NCBI GenBank assembly: GCA_000004695.1
Contig: CM000152.2
Span: 128,001 to 192,000 of the forward strand
Direction of reading: 5' to 3'
DNA: 64,000 nt
DNA from: Dictyostelium discoideum
Lineage: Eukaryota
Position numbers and translations under genes: made by a program. The notes below the pieces were generated by a model. It searched no databases. It had not been told where the DNA came from and saw only the letters and a list, made by a program, of their open reading frames with translations. Numbering within the stretch: the first letter of the stretch is position 1; each line of letters opens with the position of its first letter. Shown piece by piece: positions 1 to 25,090 of this stretch.

Positions 1-567
1 TCGAGTCAAATTCAAAGAGTCATAGACGAGGGTTTGGTTAAAAGAGCTATTGAAACCGGTAAAAAGCCAACAATCAATATGGACACTAAGCGTGAAATCA
101 CTTGGGCTATCATTAACGCTATCACTGGTGCTTCCAATCCACAATTGCTCTACTTGATACAGAATGATTGTCTTGATTGTTTGAAAAAGAATTATTCAAC
201 AGCTCAAGCTCAATCAAATCTATTTCATTACTATTTGGATGGCATTACCAATATATTAAAATTGGTCAATAAATATACCAAAGAAACAAACTGTTTAAAA
301 CTTTTCAACACTTTTATCGATGATGAATTCTTTGGTACTTTAATTGACGATATCAATTCTTGTTCACCAGAATTTGTCGAAAATTACTCGTCAATCAATT
401 CTGCACATTGCGAGTTGAAAAAAGTCGTTAAACATATTATTGAAATTAAAAATTCAAAAGGTGAAAATGTAAATGAAGTTTTTTTAAAAAATGGTTTTGA
501 AAATATAAAAAAAAGTATTGAATTTGAATCTGATTTAGATGAGGATGAAATTGATTGTGAATCTGTC

Positions 568-601
<34 letters not shown>

Positions 602-657
602 CTTCTGATTATGAAGATGATATTGCTAAATTAAACGAAATGGATCTTAATGAATAA
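1..657 (+). CDS. 3' fragment (C-terminal about 218 aa) of an ARM-repeat, importin-alpha-like protein with an acidic poly-Glu tail. The gene starts upstream of the window.
   Basis: Frame 1 is open from base 1 (SSQIQRVIDEGLVKRAIETGKK...) to TAA at 655-657. The segment KREITWAIINAITGASNPQLLYLIQNDCLDCL resembles the importin-alpha ARM 9/10 consensus (EAAWAISNATSGG..QIxYLV..GCIxPL). The C-terminus is EEEEEEEEEEEASDYEDD. No start codon lies inside the window; the ORF-track start at 34 is a TTG. Confidence 0.4.
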
Positions 658-716
658 AAAATAAAATAAAATAAAATAAAATAAAATAAATAAATAAAAT
701 TCAATTGGAAAACTAT

Positions 717-756
<40 letters not shown>

Positions 757-1064
757 TGGATTAGTTCTGTTTTGATTTCATTAATTAAAAATTTAAAAAA
801 TATTTTTTTATTGTATTTTTTATTAAATTTTATCCCAATCATTTTTTTTTTTATTTTTTTTATTTGTTTCCAATAATATATACGAATTAGGTGATGACTC
901 AATTAAAAAAATTTTTTTTACAAATTTAAAATAAATTTTTATAAATAAATAAAAAACCTGTTTTACCTTTTTTTATATTTCACAATTATTTTATTTTCAA
1001 ATATCCTTTTTGAGACAAACTAATAAAAAAAATTAATCAAACATTTTCTTATTTAATCTTATTC

Positions 1065-1325
1065 ATTTAGTTAATTTGGTCCAATTGGATTATATGGTTT
1101 ATTTGTTTTATTTTGTTAATCTATTCCATTTGGTTCATCTAGTTCTTTTGGTTAATTTGGTTCTTCTGGCTCATTTGGTTCATTTGGTTCATTTGGTTCA
1201 TCTGGTAATCTAGTTTTTGGTTGGTTCATTTAATTCATTTGATTGGTCATCTGGTTATCAAGTTCTTTTGGTTCATCAGGTTCATCTGGTTATCTAGTTT
1301 TTGGTTGGCTCATTTAATTCATTAG
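1065..1325. repeat. Minisatellite of about 28 copies of a 9-bp unit TGGTTCATY, with variants (TGGTTAATT, TGGCTCATT). It includes an internal duplication of about 60 bp (1200-1260 and 1262-1320).
   Basis: Direct reading: ...catttggttcatctagttcttttggttaatttggttcttctggctcatttggttcatttggttcatttggttcatctggtaatctagtttttggttggttcatttaattcatt... The GC content is higher than the surrounding intergenic DNA. Confidence 0.8.
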
Positions 1326-1370
1326 TATCAGATTTTACAGGTTTATCAGTTATAAAAGATACAAGTTTAA

Positions 1371-1410
1371 CAGATGAACCAAATTTTCCAAATGACCAGA
1401 TGAACAAGTT
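1371..1410. repeat. Inverted copy of the minisatellite unit (cagatgaaccaaattttccaaatgaccagatgaacaag). It forms an inverted-repeat or hairpin partner for 1065-1325.
   Basis: cagatgaacc is the reverse complement of ggttcatctg, and accagatgaaca is the reverse complement of tgttcatctggt. The two lie about 45 bp downstream of the array. Confidence 0.6.
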
Positions 1411-2345
1411 GAACTATTAAAACTGTTAAAAATGGTGAACCAAATGATTCTGTGCCAAAGATTGGAGAGATTATAAATCTATCTTTGCACTATAACATCA
1501 ATAATGTTTTAATAATTATTAATACTTCAACAGCAACAAAAAAAAATAAAAAATAAAAAATAAATAATATGAAAGAATCAACAAGTAATAGTCAATTAAA
1601 TTTATTATCAAATAATAGAGATATTATTAATTAAATATGATAATCATCCAATAATAAACCCAAAATGATTTTTAAACTCACAAATTTTTATAACCATTAT
1701 CATTAATACAAATGTCATTTAATTTGCAAAATTAACCTTAAATAACCATTTACATAAAATTTAACATGTAATTTTTTATTTAAATTTGTTGATCCACTTG
1801 AACTACTACTAATACTAATACTACCAATACTATCTCCATAGTAACACCTAAACTATTACTATATCCACTATTTTCTATTTCTATACCAAATACTATTTCC
1901 ATTGACTGAATTTAAACTTGTTGAATTTGTTGTCGAGGTAGTATTGGTAGTAGTTGTTGTTGTATTTGTTGATATTAATTAAGAATGTGAAATGGAATTG
2001 ATCAATAAAGCATATTCATCACCACATTATTTTTTGATTATGAGAAGGTGCAATCAACCATCAAAATCTTTAAGAGGTAATGGTAACCATAGGGAAGGGT
2101 GGGAAAAATAAAAATAAAAAAAAGGTAGGGAGGAAAAAAAAAAAAAAAAAATAAAAAAAGAGAAGTGGAAGAAAAAATAAAATAAATAATAATTTTATTT
2201 TTTTTATTTTTTCATTTTTTTTTTAAATTTATGATTCAACCTTTTTTTTTTTTTTTTTTTTTTCATTTTCATTTTTTTAATTTTCAGTTCACAAAAAAAA
2301 ATAAAAAGCGATCTTCATGAAGAAAATATACATATAAAATAAAAA

Positions 2346-12572
<10,227 letters not shown>

Positions 12573-12826
12573 AAAAAAATAAAAATTATTTTAATTATTA
12601 ATTTATTTTATTTATTCATTTTTTATGAGTAATGAATTGTTTTAATTTAAAATAAAAAGAAAAATTTAAAAGAGTTGGAATTAGTTTTAAAATTTAAATT
12701 TATTTTAAAAGAAACAAATATTATATAAGAAATAAATAATAATAAAAAAAAAAAATAAAGAAAATAACAATTTTTATATATGATAACTATTTTTTTTTTT
12801 TTTATATATTGAATTTTATTTTATTT

Positions 12827-12861
<35 letters not shown>

Positions 12862-12894
12862 TATTTATTTTTTTTTTTTTATTCATTTATTTAT

Positions 12895-14743
<1,849 letters not shown>

Positions 14744-15530
14744 CTTAATTTCTAATTTTTTGATATTTTGGTTTTTTTTTTTTTTTTTTTTTTAGTTTTT
14801 AAAAAAAAAATTATTAATATATGAATGTGGTGGTATGTAAAAATTTTAATATAAAATAATGAAAATCACACTATAAAACAAAAAAAATAATATTAATAAA
14901 AAAAAAAAAAAAAAAATTTATCTCCTAAAAGGGGTTAGGGAATTAAAAAAAAAAAAAAAAAAAAATTAAAAATAAAATAAATTAAAAAAATGAAAAAAAA
15001 TTTGATGAAAATCCCAATTTATCTTTTTTTTAAAAAAAGAAAAAAATAAAAATAATAATGGTTGATAGAAAAACAATTTATGAATTATTTTTAAAATGAG
15101 TAACACAAATTGTTTTTTTTTTTTTTATATGAATGTTTATAGTGTGTGAAGTTTATTATTGATTTTTTTTTTTTTTTTTATCTTTTTAATTTTTTTTTTT
15201 TTTTTTTTTTTTTTGTATATCATACCAATTGGTGATTTAAATTCCAATTTTGATTTTATTGATGACGATGGTTGTAAAAAATTAAATTGAAATAGTAATG
15301 TGAATAAAGAAAACAAGAAAAAACAAAATATCTTTTTGTTTTTAATAATTGTTATAATTGATTTGATTGTTATTTTCAAAGTCTTTTTTATATAAAAAAA
15401 AAAAAAAAAATTTAAAAAATTAAAAAATTAAAAAAAAAATAAAAATAATTTAATTTAAAAAAAAAAAAGAAAAAAAAAATTAAAAATTTAAAAAAAAATT
15501 AAAAAAAAATCAAAAAAAAAGTCAAAATTG

Positions 15531-15554
15531 GGAAGGGGAGGGGGGTTGTGTGAA
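15531..15554. promoter_or_regulatory. G-rich element gggaaggggaggggggttgtgtg, a candidate G-box (GBF-type) regulatory site, about 790 bp upstream of the ugpB ATG.
   Basis: It is one of very few G-runs in 2.2 kb of otherwise more than 90% A+T intergenic DNA. Dictyostelium G-box binding factor recognises G/T-rich (T/G)G(T/G)G-type elements in developmentally regulated promoters; that is established knowledge, but the assignment here is inference. A second G-rich motif, ctcctaaaaggggttagggaatt, lies at 14921-14943, about 180 bp upstream of the ATG. Confidence 0.3.
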
Positions 15555-16947
15555 TATAGTAATGTTGCTGACAATTTAGAAATTAAGATAATCTATAAAT
15601 TTTTGTTTGTAATTGTTTTTATGAGTATAATTTGTTTAATACCAATTGTATAAAAAAATTTATTTTTAGTTTTTTTTTTATTTTTAAATTTTTTTATAAT
15701 TTTATTTTTATTTTTATTTTTTTATTTTTAAATTTTCCTACCTCCTATGTTTTTTTTTTTTTTTTTATAAATATTAAATAAAGTGGTAGTTGTAGTAATG
15801 ATGTGTTACAAAGAGTATTTTTAAGTGTGGTATAGGGGGTTATTTAAAATGATGATTAATAAAAACTCCAAATAATAATAAGTGTACCCTTAAAAGAAAG
15901 ATTTTGTGATTTAATACATTAAATTTCAAAAATAAAAAAAAAATTTTAAATCAAAAAAAAAAAAATTAAAAAAATTTATTTGATAAAAAAAAAAAAATAA
16001 AAAATTTAAAAAAGAAATTTCCTTTTCAATTCTTAAAAGGCAAAAACAAAAAAAGAAAAAGATGAAATTTAAAAGAAAAAAAAGAAAACAAATTAAAACA
16101 AGAACAAAGAAATAGGAAATATTATTTAAAAATATTGATAATAAAATTATAAAAATTACATTGAAATTAATTTTTCAAACATTAGAAAAAAAATATTGTG
16201 CTTTATTATTATATTTGTTGTAGTATTAAAAAAAAAAAAAAAAAAAAAAAAAATGTAAATCAAAATTAATACAATAAAAATTATTGACACTTACATTAAA
16301 AAAAATATTAAAATAAGACCACAATTTGATTATTATAAATTAGTGTTACTATAGATTTTATAAAAATAAATTTTTATGATATGAATTAAATTAGTAAAAA
16401 AAAAAAAAAAAAAAAAAAAATTAAAAATAAATAATAATAATAATAATAATAATTTTGATAAACACAAAAAATAAAAATAAAAAAAAAATAAAAAAAATTA
16501 AAAAAAAAAAAATATATTTGTTTCACACAACAAATTAACAAAAAAAAAAAAATTAAAAAATTAATTAAAAAAAAAAAATAATAAAAAATAAATAAATAAA
16601 AAAAAAACAAAAAAATAAAAAAAAGATGTGTTAATGTTCTTATCAAATGAAATGTTACTAAATTATAAATTTTTATTAGTATGATAAAATAAAAAAACAA
16701 AAATAAAAATAAAAAAAATAAAAATAATATAATTTTTTTTTTTTTTTTTTTTTTTAACCAATGCAATTTATTTGTTTTTTTCCAGTGAAAAAAAAATCTA
16801 AAAATAAAATTTCAGTGAAAAAAAAAAAAAAATAAAAAAAATAAAAATCTAAAAAATAAAAAACTGAAAGGCTTGGCACCAAAAAAGGTTGTAAGATTCA
16901 TTTTAATTTTAATTTTAATTTTAATTTTAATTTTAATTTTTTCAAGC

Positions 16948-17263
16948 TTAAGCTTGTTGTTGTGTTTGTGGTTTTTCAATCTCAGAATAATAATTTGAAG
17001 TGAAACCAGTTTTTAATACATTAATTGAATCACCGACATGAATAACCCTATTGATGAATTTGCTATTATCAATGACAGCATAAGTTCCAAGTAAAACTTT
17101 TTCACCAATTTTACAAGTTACCTTTCTAAAAGTTTTCAAAGTTCTTAATGGTTCATCATCATTATATGGATCCATTATACCATTAACTTGATCAACTACA
17201 ACTACTGGACAACGTGCATTTGCTTCTGCAATGGTTAATTCAACATTATTATTATCATTATCA

Positions 17264-17296
<33 letters not shown>

Positions 17297-18199
17297 ATAC
17301 TAATTAATTTCCAATTATCTTCTTCAAAAGTATTAACACCAGAAATTAGAATATTTGGACGATATCTATCCCAACCAAGGTGTGCTTGAATTTGTTCACC
17401 TTTCTCTTTACGAGTTTTGTCAATTCTAATATTAGTTTCATGAATCGATTCTTTTGATAAAATCATAATTTGACAACTATTTGATAAAGAGTTCTTGTAG
17501 AGTTTAGAAGCTTGGGTATTGGCATTCAAATTATCACTCATATGAGTACGAATCTTTCTTTGCCAAATACCTTCTGGACACATTTGAACTAATCTAAAAC
17601 CTTTATCAGCAGTAGTACCATCAGCACTACCACCAATGACTTGATCTAACCATTGTGCACATTCATCACCTTCATCATAACATTGTGATTGGTTATCAAA
17701 CATTGCAACATTATTATAAATTCTCTTTTCATCTAATTGTTGTAATTGTAATGGTTTAGTTGAAATTTTTAATTGTTTTTCAATACCTTTTTTTGAAATT
17801 ATTAAAAATTCACCATCTTTTGAAAATGATGTTTCAATTGTTGATAATATTGGATACGCTTTTTGTGCACAATATCTATTATTATAAATAATCATCCATC
17901 TTCTATCATTTTCAAATCCATATTCTGTTAATTTACATTTTTTTAATTCAATACCTTTACATGCTTTAACTAAAATTATAATTAATTAATTAATATTTAT
18001 TTATTTGTTTTTTATACAAAATAAAAATAAAAGACATACCTGGATAAATAATGATATTTTCAATTTTAATTTGATTTTCATTAATTTTACTTAATCTATT
18101 AATATCATTTTCACTAATAAAATATTTTTTCAAACTATACATTAATAATGCACTTGAAAAAATTACTACTGAATATTTTAATAATATTGATTTATCCAT
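16948..18199 (-). CDS. MOSC-domain protein (MOSC N-terminal beta-barrel plus MOSC; mARC / Moco-sulfurase C-terminal family), about 384 aa, 2 exons.
   Basis: join(18199..18040,17969..16948) on the minus strand; the intron 17970..18039 is 70 bp (GTATGT..ttttag), phase 1. Exon 1 encodes MDKSILLKYSVVIFSS...IIIYP. The spliced junction gives IIIYPVKACKGIEL, matching the mARC N-terminal motif LWIYPVKSCKG. Downstream motifs: GDECAQWLDQV, RPNILISG, and conserved Cys in AEANARCPVVVVDQVNG. There is a poly-Ser insertion (SSSSSSSSSS, encoded by (TCA)n 17266-17300). Confidence 0.8.
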
Positions 18200-18553
18200 T
18201 ATTTTTAATTTTTTTTTTTTTTTTTTTAAGATTTGACCAATGTGTGTCTTTATAATAAAAAAGAGGCAAAAAACACAGATAATAAAAATTGAAATTTGGG
18301 AAATGAATTAAAAAAATCACGAATAATTTTTTTTTTTTTTTTTTGTCCAGGGTGATGATGAAATTTAAAAAAAAAAATAAAAAAAAAAAAAATAAATGAA
18401 AAAAATTATGAAAATGGGATTTTTAAAAATATCTTTGGAATTTGATTCTTTTCCTTTGAAAAAAATTGGTCATGCAAAAAGAATTTATTGTAATTATTTT
18501 CTTTCTTTGTTTTTTATTTTTATTTTTATTTTTATTTTAAAAAAAATCCCTTT

Positions 18554-18946
18554 TTACTTCCAAATACTATCTCTACATAATCCATTATAAATACCATCAA
18601 TTCTTGAACCAAATCTGTTATTTGAAAAATAATCTTTATTTACTCTACGAGAATAGATTTGATGTTGTTCAAATGGATCCCATTTTATAAAGCACACATT
18701 TATAGTTCCAGAAATGAATGAACCAACATTATTATGAAATTTATTTGGTAATTCTAAATAACCCATACTTGTATTATAAATGAATTTTTCACCTTGAAAA
18801 TTAATTTCAGTAAATAGAATTACTTGATTTGATTGGTCATTAAAAAATGGGTATGGGAAATAATCATCTGCGTTTGAATATTTAAATAATAATAAAAATA
18901 AAAATGATAAAATTATTATTAAAATACCTTTAAAATTATTTATCAT
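18554..18946 (-). CDS. Small secreted protein with a single beta/gamma-crystallin-like Greek-key domain (Physarum spherulin-3a-like), 130 aa.
   Basis: Single ORF. The N-terminal signal peptide is MINNFKGILIIILSFLFLLLFKYSNA|DD. Greek-key signatures are ILFTEINFQGEKFIY (Y/FxxxxFxG), NNVGSFISG (conserved Ser) and a second half INVCFIKWDPFEQHQIY...RFGSRIDG. The motif match is from memory of the betagamma-crystallin consensus. Confidence 0.5.
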   Translation of the reverse strand: MINNFKGILIIILSFLFLLLFKYSNADDYFPYPFFNDQSNQVILFTEINFQGEKFIYNTSMGYLELPNKFHNNVGSFISGTINVCFIKWDPFEQHQIYSRRVNKDYFSNNRFGSRIDGIYNGLCRDSIWK

Positions 18947-19403
18947 TTTTTTTTTTTCCTTTAAAATTAAATAAATTATTATTGTATTAAATTAAAAAAA
19001 ATAAAAAAAAAAAACCAATAATAAATAAATAAATAAAATTCAAAAAAAAAAAAAAAATAAAAAAAAAAAAAAATAAAAATTAATTGATTTATTTGTTTAA
19101 AAAAGAAAAAAAAAAAAAAAAAAGACTTTTTTATTTTTATTTGGAATGGAAATATTAATAAGTTTATATATAAACTAGGTCGAATTAAATCATCAAAAAA
19201 AAGTATTAAAAAAGTGTATTTTTGGGAAAAATAAAATAAAATAAAATAAAAAATAGATTTTAAAAAAAAATAATAATAATAATTTTATTATAATTATAAA
19301 TTTTATTTATTATTATTATTATTATTATTTATTATTACTGTCATATTGTTACTACTCTATTATTACTATCTTAAAAATTATATATATATAAATGTCAATA
19401 TTT

Positions 19404-20477
19404 TTAAAAGAATTTGAATTTTCCTTTCTTTTGTTTAGAAGGAGTATTCGAGCCAGAATCCAAATCAATTTGATCTAATAAATCAGTTAACATTGCTTTC
19501 TTTTGAACATTTTGTTGAGTTTTATCACTACCACCACCACTAGCACTATTACTATTACTATTGTTATTGTTATTGGTATTGGTATTACTATTACTATTAC
19601 TATTATTTACTGTAGTTGAAAGTGAATTTGTTGAAGAATTTGAAAGATTTAAAGATGGTGAAGTTGTATTTGAATTTGGAGAGAAAGAACCAGAAGAACC
19701 TAAACCAGTATTTGCAGTTGAAGTTGTTGAAATCGAAGGTGAAGTTGTACTTGAAACTTCATCTGAAACACCTAAACTCAAATTTGAAATTTCAAAATCA
19801 TCTTTTAAAAACTCTGATAACATCGCATTCAATTGTAATTCAGTTTGATATTTTGTATCCCAATCTAAATTTGGCTCTTTATTTGATACTGATAAACTAC
19901 TTCCAATTGGTGATGATTGTTTTTGTGCATTTTGTTTATCATCTTCATTATTATTATTATTATTAATATTATTTTCTTTACTATTTTCATCCAATGATAT
20001 ATTCTCTAATTTATCTATTTTTATTATATTATTACTATTATTATTATTATTTTCATTATATATATTATTTGTATTTGTATTATTTGTATTTGTATTATTA
20101 TTATTATTATTTGATAATTGTTCAATTCTAGATTTTAAAAATTGAATTTCATCTTTATATTGTTTTTCTTTTTGTTGTTGTTGTTGTGTTATTGTATTTA
20201 CTAAGGAATTGAATTCATCGGATAAATCATTTGATCTTTTTATAACATTTCTAACTAATTGAACAGTGTATAATCCTAAATTCGATGAATCAAACTGTGA
20301 TGAATCAATAGCTTGTGCTTGTGTATTAATATTTATATTTAATGAATTCTCTGCTTGATGTAATGTATTTTGATTGTTTATTAATGATCTTTCTATACTT
20401 TGTGAAAATGCTACTAAAACTTTAAATACTTTAGTATCAATTTCGTTCTTATATTCTTGTTCTAATAATACAGTCAT
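19404..20477 (-). CDS. Hypothetical low-complexity protein with an N-terminal coiled-coil region and a C-terminal S/T/N-rich region, 357 aa.
   Basis: Single continuous ORF from ATG at 20477 to stop at 19404. The N-terminal 130 aa (MTVLLEQEYKNEIDTKVFKVLVAFSQSIERSL...IQFLKSRIEQL) has heptad-like spacing. No recognisable family. Confidence 0.45.
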   Translation of the reverse strand: MTVLLEQEYKNEIDTKVFKVLVAFSQSIERSLINNQNTLHQAENSLNININTQAQAIDSSQFDSSNLGLYTVQLVRNVIKRSNDLSDEFNSLVNTITQQQQQKEKQYKDEIQFLKSRIEQLSNNNNNNTNTNNTNTNNIYNENNNNNSNNIIKIDKLENISLDENSKENNINNNNNNEDDKQNAQKQSSPIGSSLSVSNKEPNLDWDTKYQTELQLNAMLSEFLKDDFEISNLSLGVSDEVSSTTSPSISTTSTANTGLGSSGSFSPNSNTTSPSLNLSNSSTNSLSTTVNNSNSNSNTNTNNNNNSNSNSASGGGSDKTQQNVQKKAMLTDLLDQIDLDSGSNTPSKQKKGKFKFF

Positions 20478-20700
20478 TTTTATTTATTTATTTATTTATT
20501 ATATATTTAGACAAATACTAGTATTTATACAATTTATTTCCAGTTAGTTGTTGATATTTTTTTATAAAATTTTTTTTTGGTTTTGGTTTTTTTTTTTTTT
20601 TTTATAGAATTTTAAAATATATAAACCTCGGTGTTTTTATATATTATTATTATTATTATTATAAAATGAAATAAAATTAAAATTAAATTTTAAAAATTAT

Positions 20701-20738
<38 letters not shown>

Positions 20739-20907
20739 ATTATTGGGTTTGGAAGGATTGATTTGTTTTTTTTTTTTTTTTTTTTAATTATTACAAATAT
20801 TATTTATAGTAAATTATTGTAGGTTGAAATAAAAAAAAAAAAAAAATAAAATAAATTATTTTATAATACAGTTATGTGTGGTTGAAAATGATTTGAAAAG
20901 TTTTTGG

Positions 20908-20954
20908 TGGTGTGTGTGTGTATATGTGTATATGTGTGTGTGTGTGTGTGTGTT
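20908..20954. repeat. (GT)n / (TG)n dinucleotide microsatellite with TATA interruptions. It is a G/T-rich block about 430 bp upstream of the 19404..20477 gene.
   Basis: Sequence: ggtggtgtgtgtgtgtatatgtgtatatgtgtgtgtgtgtgtgtgtgttgagg. Confidence 0.8.
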
Positions 20955-21349
20955 GAGGAAATAATTATTTTTTTATTTTTTATTTTTTTATTTTTGCTTG
21001 TGTGTATAAACAAATATGTAAAAAAAAATAATAAGAATTCTTATTATGTGGCACTTGTGATTATTTAATTTGAAAATTCCTTTATTGATCGATAAATTTA
21101 ATATCTAAAAGAAAAAAATAAATAAATATATATAGATAAACAAAATAAAATTTTGAGGTTAGTTTTTTTTTAAAAGATTTTCCAAAAGAGATATAAAAAA
21201 TTATCCTCCCCAAAATTGAAGATTAATTTATTATTGATATTAATATTGTTAATCAAAACAAAACCATTTAAAAAAAAAATAATAATAATAATAAAATAAA
21301 AATTAAAAATATTATTAAAAAAAAAATAAAAAAAAAATAATAAAAAAAA

Positions 21350-21387
<38 letters not shown>

Positions 21388-21919
21388 TAAAAAAAAATAA
21401 AAAAAAAAATAAAAATTTTTAATTAAGATAATTTAATGTTATGAATATGGGGGTGTAACAAATATTGATTTTATTTCTTGTTTTTATTATTATAAAATTT
21501 AATAAAAAAAAAAAATAAAAAATAGAAAATCAATTCAATGGAACGCATAGGTGGTGATTGTGTTGTGATAAAAAAAAAAACATAAAAAAAAAAAAATAAA
21601 TAAATAAAAAAAATCTCTACACAACCCCACAAAATCTATTTATATATATGTATATATATAAAAACACAAACCACAAAACAATAGTTTTGTTGTCCTAAAA
21701 AAAAAAAAAAAGTCAATAAAAAAATAAAAAAAAAAAGTGTTTAAAAAAGAAAAAAATAAAATATCTCTTTGATGGGAGAGTTGGAATTAATTACAATAGT
21801 AATTACTAGCAAATAAAATAAATAGATTTTTATTTTTTTAATATACTATATCTACTATAGTTAGTTTTTTTTTTTCTTTTTTTTTTTATTCATTTATTTA
21901 TTAATTTATATTGCGAGCA

Positions 21920-21950
<31 letters not shown>

Positions 21951-22319
21951 GAAAAAAAAAAAAAGAAAAATAAAAACAGATATAAAGTTTATTTTTTTTA
22001 AAAAAAAAATAAATAATAAGTATCTAAAGTATGGAAAGATGGATTGTTTTATTTATCTTTATTCTTTTATTTTGTTTTACTTATTTTATTTATTTTATTT
22101 TACCATCTTTATTTTTTATTTTTTTTATTTTACCATTGATTTGATTATATTAAACAATTACAAAAATAAAATATAAAATAAAATATAAAATAAAATATAA
22201 AATAAAATATAAAATAAAATATAAAATAAAATAAAAAATAAAATAAAATAAAATATAATTTAATGTGAGTGTCTTTTGTTACTTTTTCTTTTTTTCTTTT
22301 TGTTTTTTGGTTTGTTTTA

Positions 22320-22443
<124 letters not shown>

Positions 22444-22752
22444 GTAAATTTTATTAAAATCAAGAAAATTGATTTTATATATATTAATTAATTAAAAAAA
22501 GTCAAAGGATACATAAAAGGATATAAAAAAAAAAAAAAAAAAAAAAAGATAAAATTAAAATAAAAAAAAAAAAAAATAATAATAAAAAATAGAAAAAAGA
22601 AATAAAATTAAATTAAAAAAAAAAAGGAAAAAAAAAAAAACACCAAAAAATAATACCATCAGGTTATTGATATGTCAATTATTTAAAAAAAATATATGTA
22701 TATATATTAATATATAAATAATTGTGGGTATTGGAATCCACACCAAATGTTC

Positions 22753-22756
<4 letters not shown>

Positions 22757-22813
<57 letters not shown>

Positions 22814-22822
22814 TTATTATTA

Positions 22823-22917
<95 letters not shown>
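22757..22917. repeat. (TTA)n microsatellite of about 53 units with three T insertions, intergenic. A G/T-rich island (22925-23060) follows immediately.
   Basis: It produces the ORFs 22722..22958. Confidence 0.9.
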
Positions 22918-23232
22918 TTTTGCTTTATTTTTTAAGTGTGGTTAATGTGTACATGTAATGTAAGCGGTAGAGAGTTGTATATGTGGGTGTAAGTGTGAAA
23001 TTGAATGTGAACGAGTGTGAATAATAAATATTTTTGAGTCTGTACTGTGTTTTTGTATTTTTTCGCTACCACACTTTTTCACACAATTTTGTCAATTGAC
23101 ATATGTATTTTTTTTTAAATTTTTTTAATTTTTTTTTTTAATTTGATTTGGTGGGCAACCATCTTTAAATATTAACTTAACTTAACTTTTTTTTTTTTTT
23201 TTTTTATTAATTCTTTTCAATTAATATTGCCA

Positions 23233-23272
<40 letters not shown>

Positions 23273-23902
23273 TTTATTTAAAAAATATGATGCAAATTTT
23301 TATTATGATTTTTTTTTAAAAAAAAAAAATAAAAAAAAAATTCTCTCCTCTCTGGGGGCTATAGGAAGAAATAATAAAAAAATAAAATAAAATAAATAAT
23401 AATAAAAATAATAAAATTTTTAAAAGAAAAAGATTAAATAAAATTACTCACTAAACGCACTTAATGTTACCATAAAATAAAAAAAAGAAAAAAAATAATT
23501 GTTTTGGGCGTTTTACATACAAATTTGATTTATAAATCTTTTTCTTTTTTTTTTTTTTTTTTTTTTGTTTTGGTATGGCAAAAAAAAAAAAAAAATAAAA
23601 ATAAAAAAAAAAAAAAATAACAGAAAAAAAAAAAAAAATAAAAAAAAAATAAATAAAAGAAAAAAAAAAAAAAAATAAATATCCACGCAACTGATTCAAA
23701 ATTGTTGTCATTAGAGAAAAAAAAAAAAAAAAAAAAAAGAGCCATTTGGTCATTGTAATGAACGTGAAATCTAAAATATCTAAAAATTAAGTTATTTTGC
23801 CCCACAATATTATTTTTATTTTATTTTATAAAAAAAAAATCTTTCCTTTTTTTACACCCTGAACAAATTGATTATTATAAAATTAAAAATATAATTAAGT
23901 GT

Positions 23903-23936
<34 letters not shown>

Positions 23937-24112
23937 AAAAAAAACCTAAAAAAAAAAAAAAAATAATATCATATTGCAGTTATCATTCATTATTATTTTT
24001 GATTTTTACTATTTTGTTCTTCTTCTTCAACCATTGCTAAATAATCATTTTGTGACTAATATATATATATATTTTTTATAATTATTATTATTATTATTAG
24101 AACCAATAGTTT

Positions 24113-25090
<978 letters not shown>

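Noticed and set aside
717-902. 61-aa minus-strand ORF rich in Lys/Ile
   Set aside because: It is translation of poly-T/poly-A intergenic sequence, not a gene.
1795-1975. Thr/Asn-rich patch (ctactactaatactaatactaccaatact...) that looks vaguely coding
   Set aside because: No frame is open for more than about 35 codons on either strand. No start or splice context is present. It is probably degenerate simple sequence.
15137-16766. ORFs 15137..15379- and 16386..16766- (Phe/Lys-rich)
   Set aside because: They are products of poly-A/T runs in the ugpB upstream region, and their composition is not protein-like.
19561-19966. Two + strand ORFs antisense to the 19404..20477 gene
   Set aside because: They are mirror readings of the S/T/N-rich coding repeat. 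The minus-strand ORF is longer and has a proper ATG and stop.
23451-23805. Phe-rich minus ORFs
   Set aside because: They are translations of poly-A tracts.
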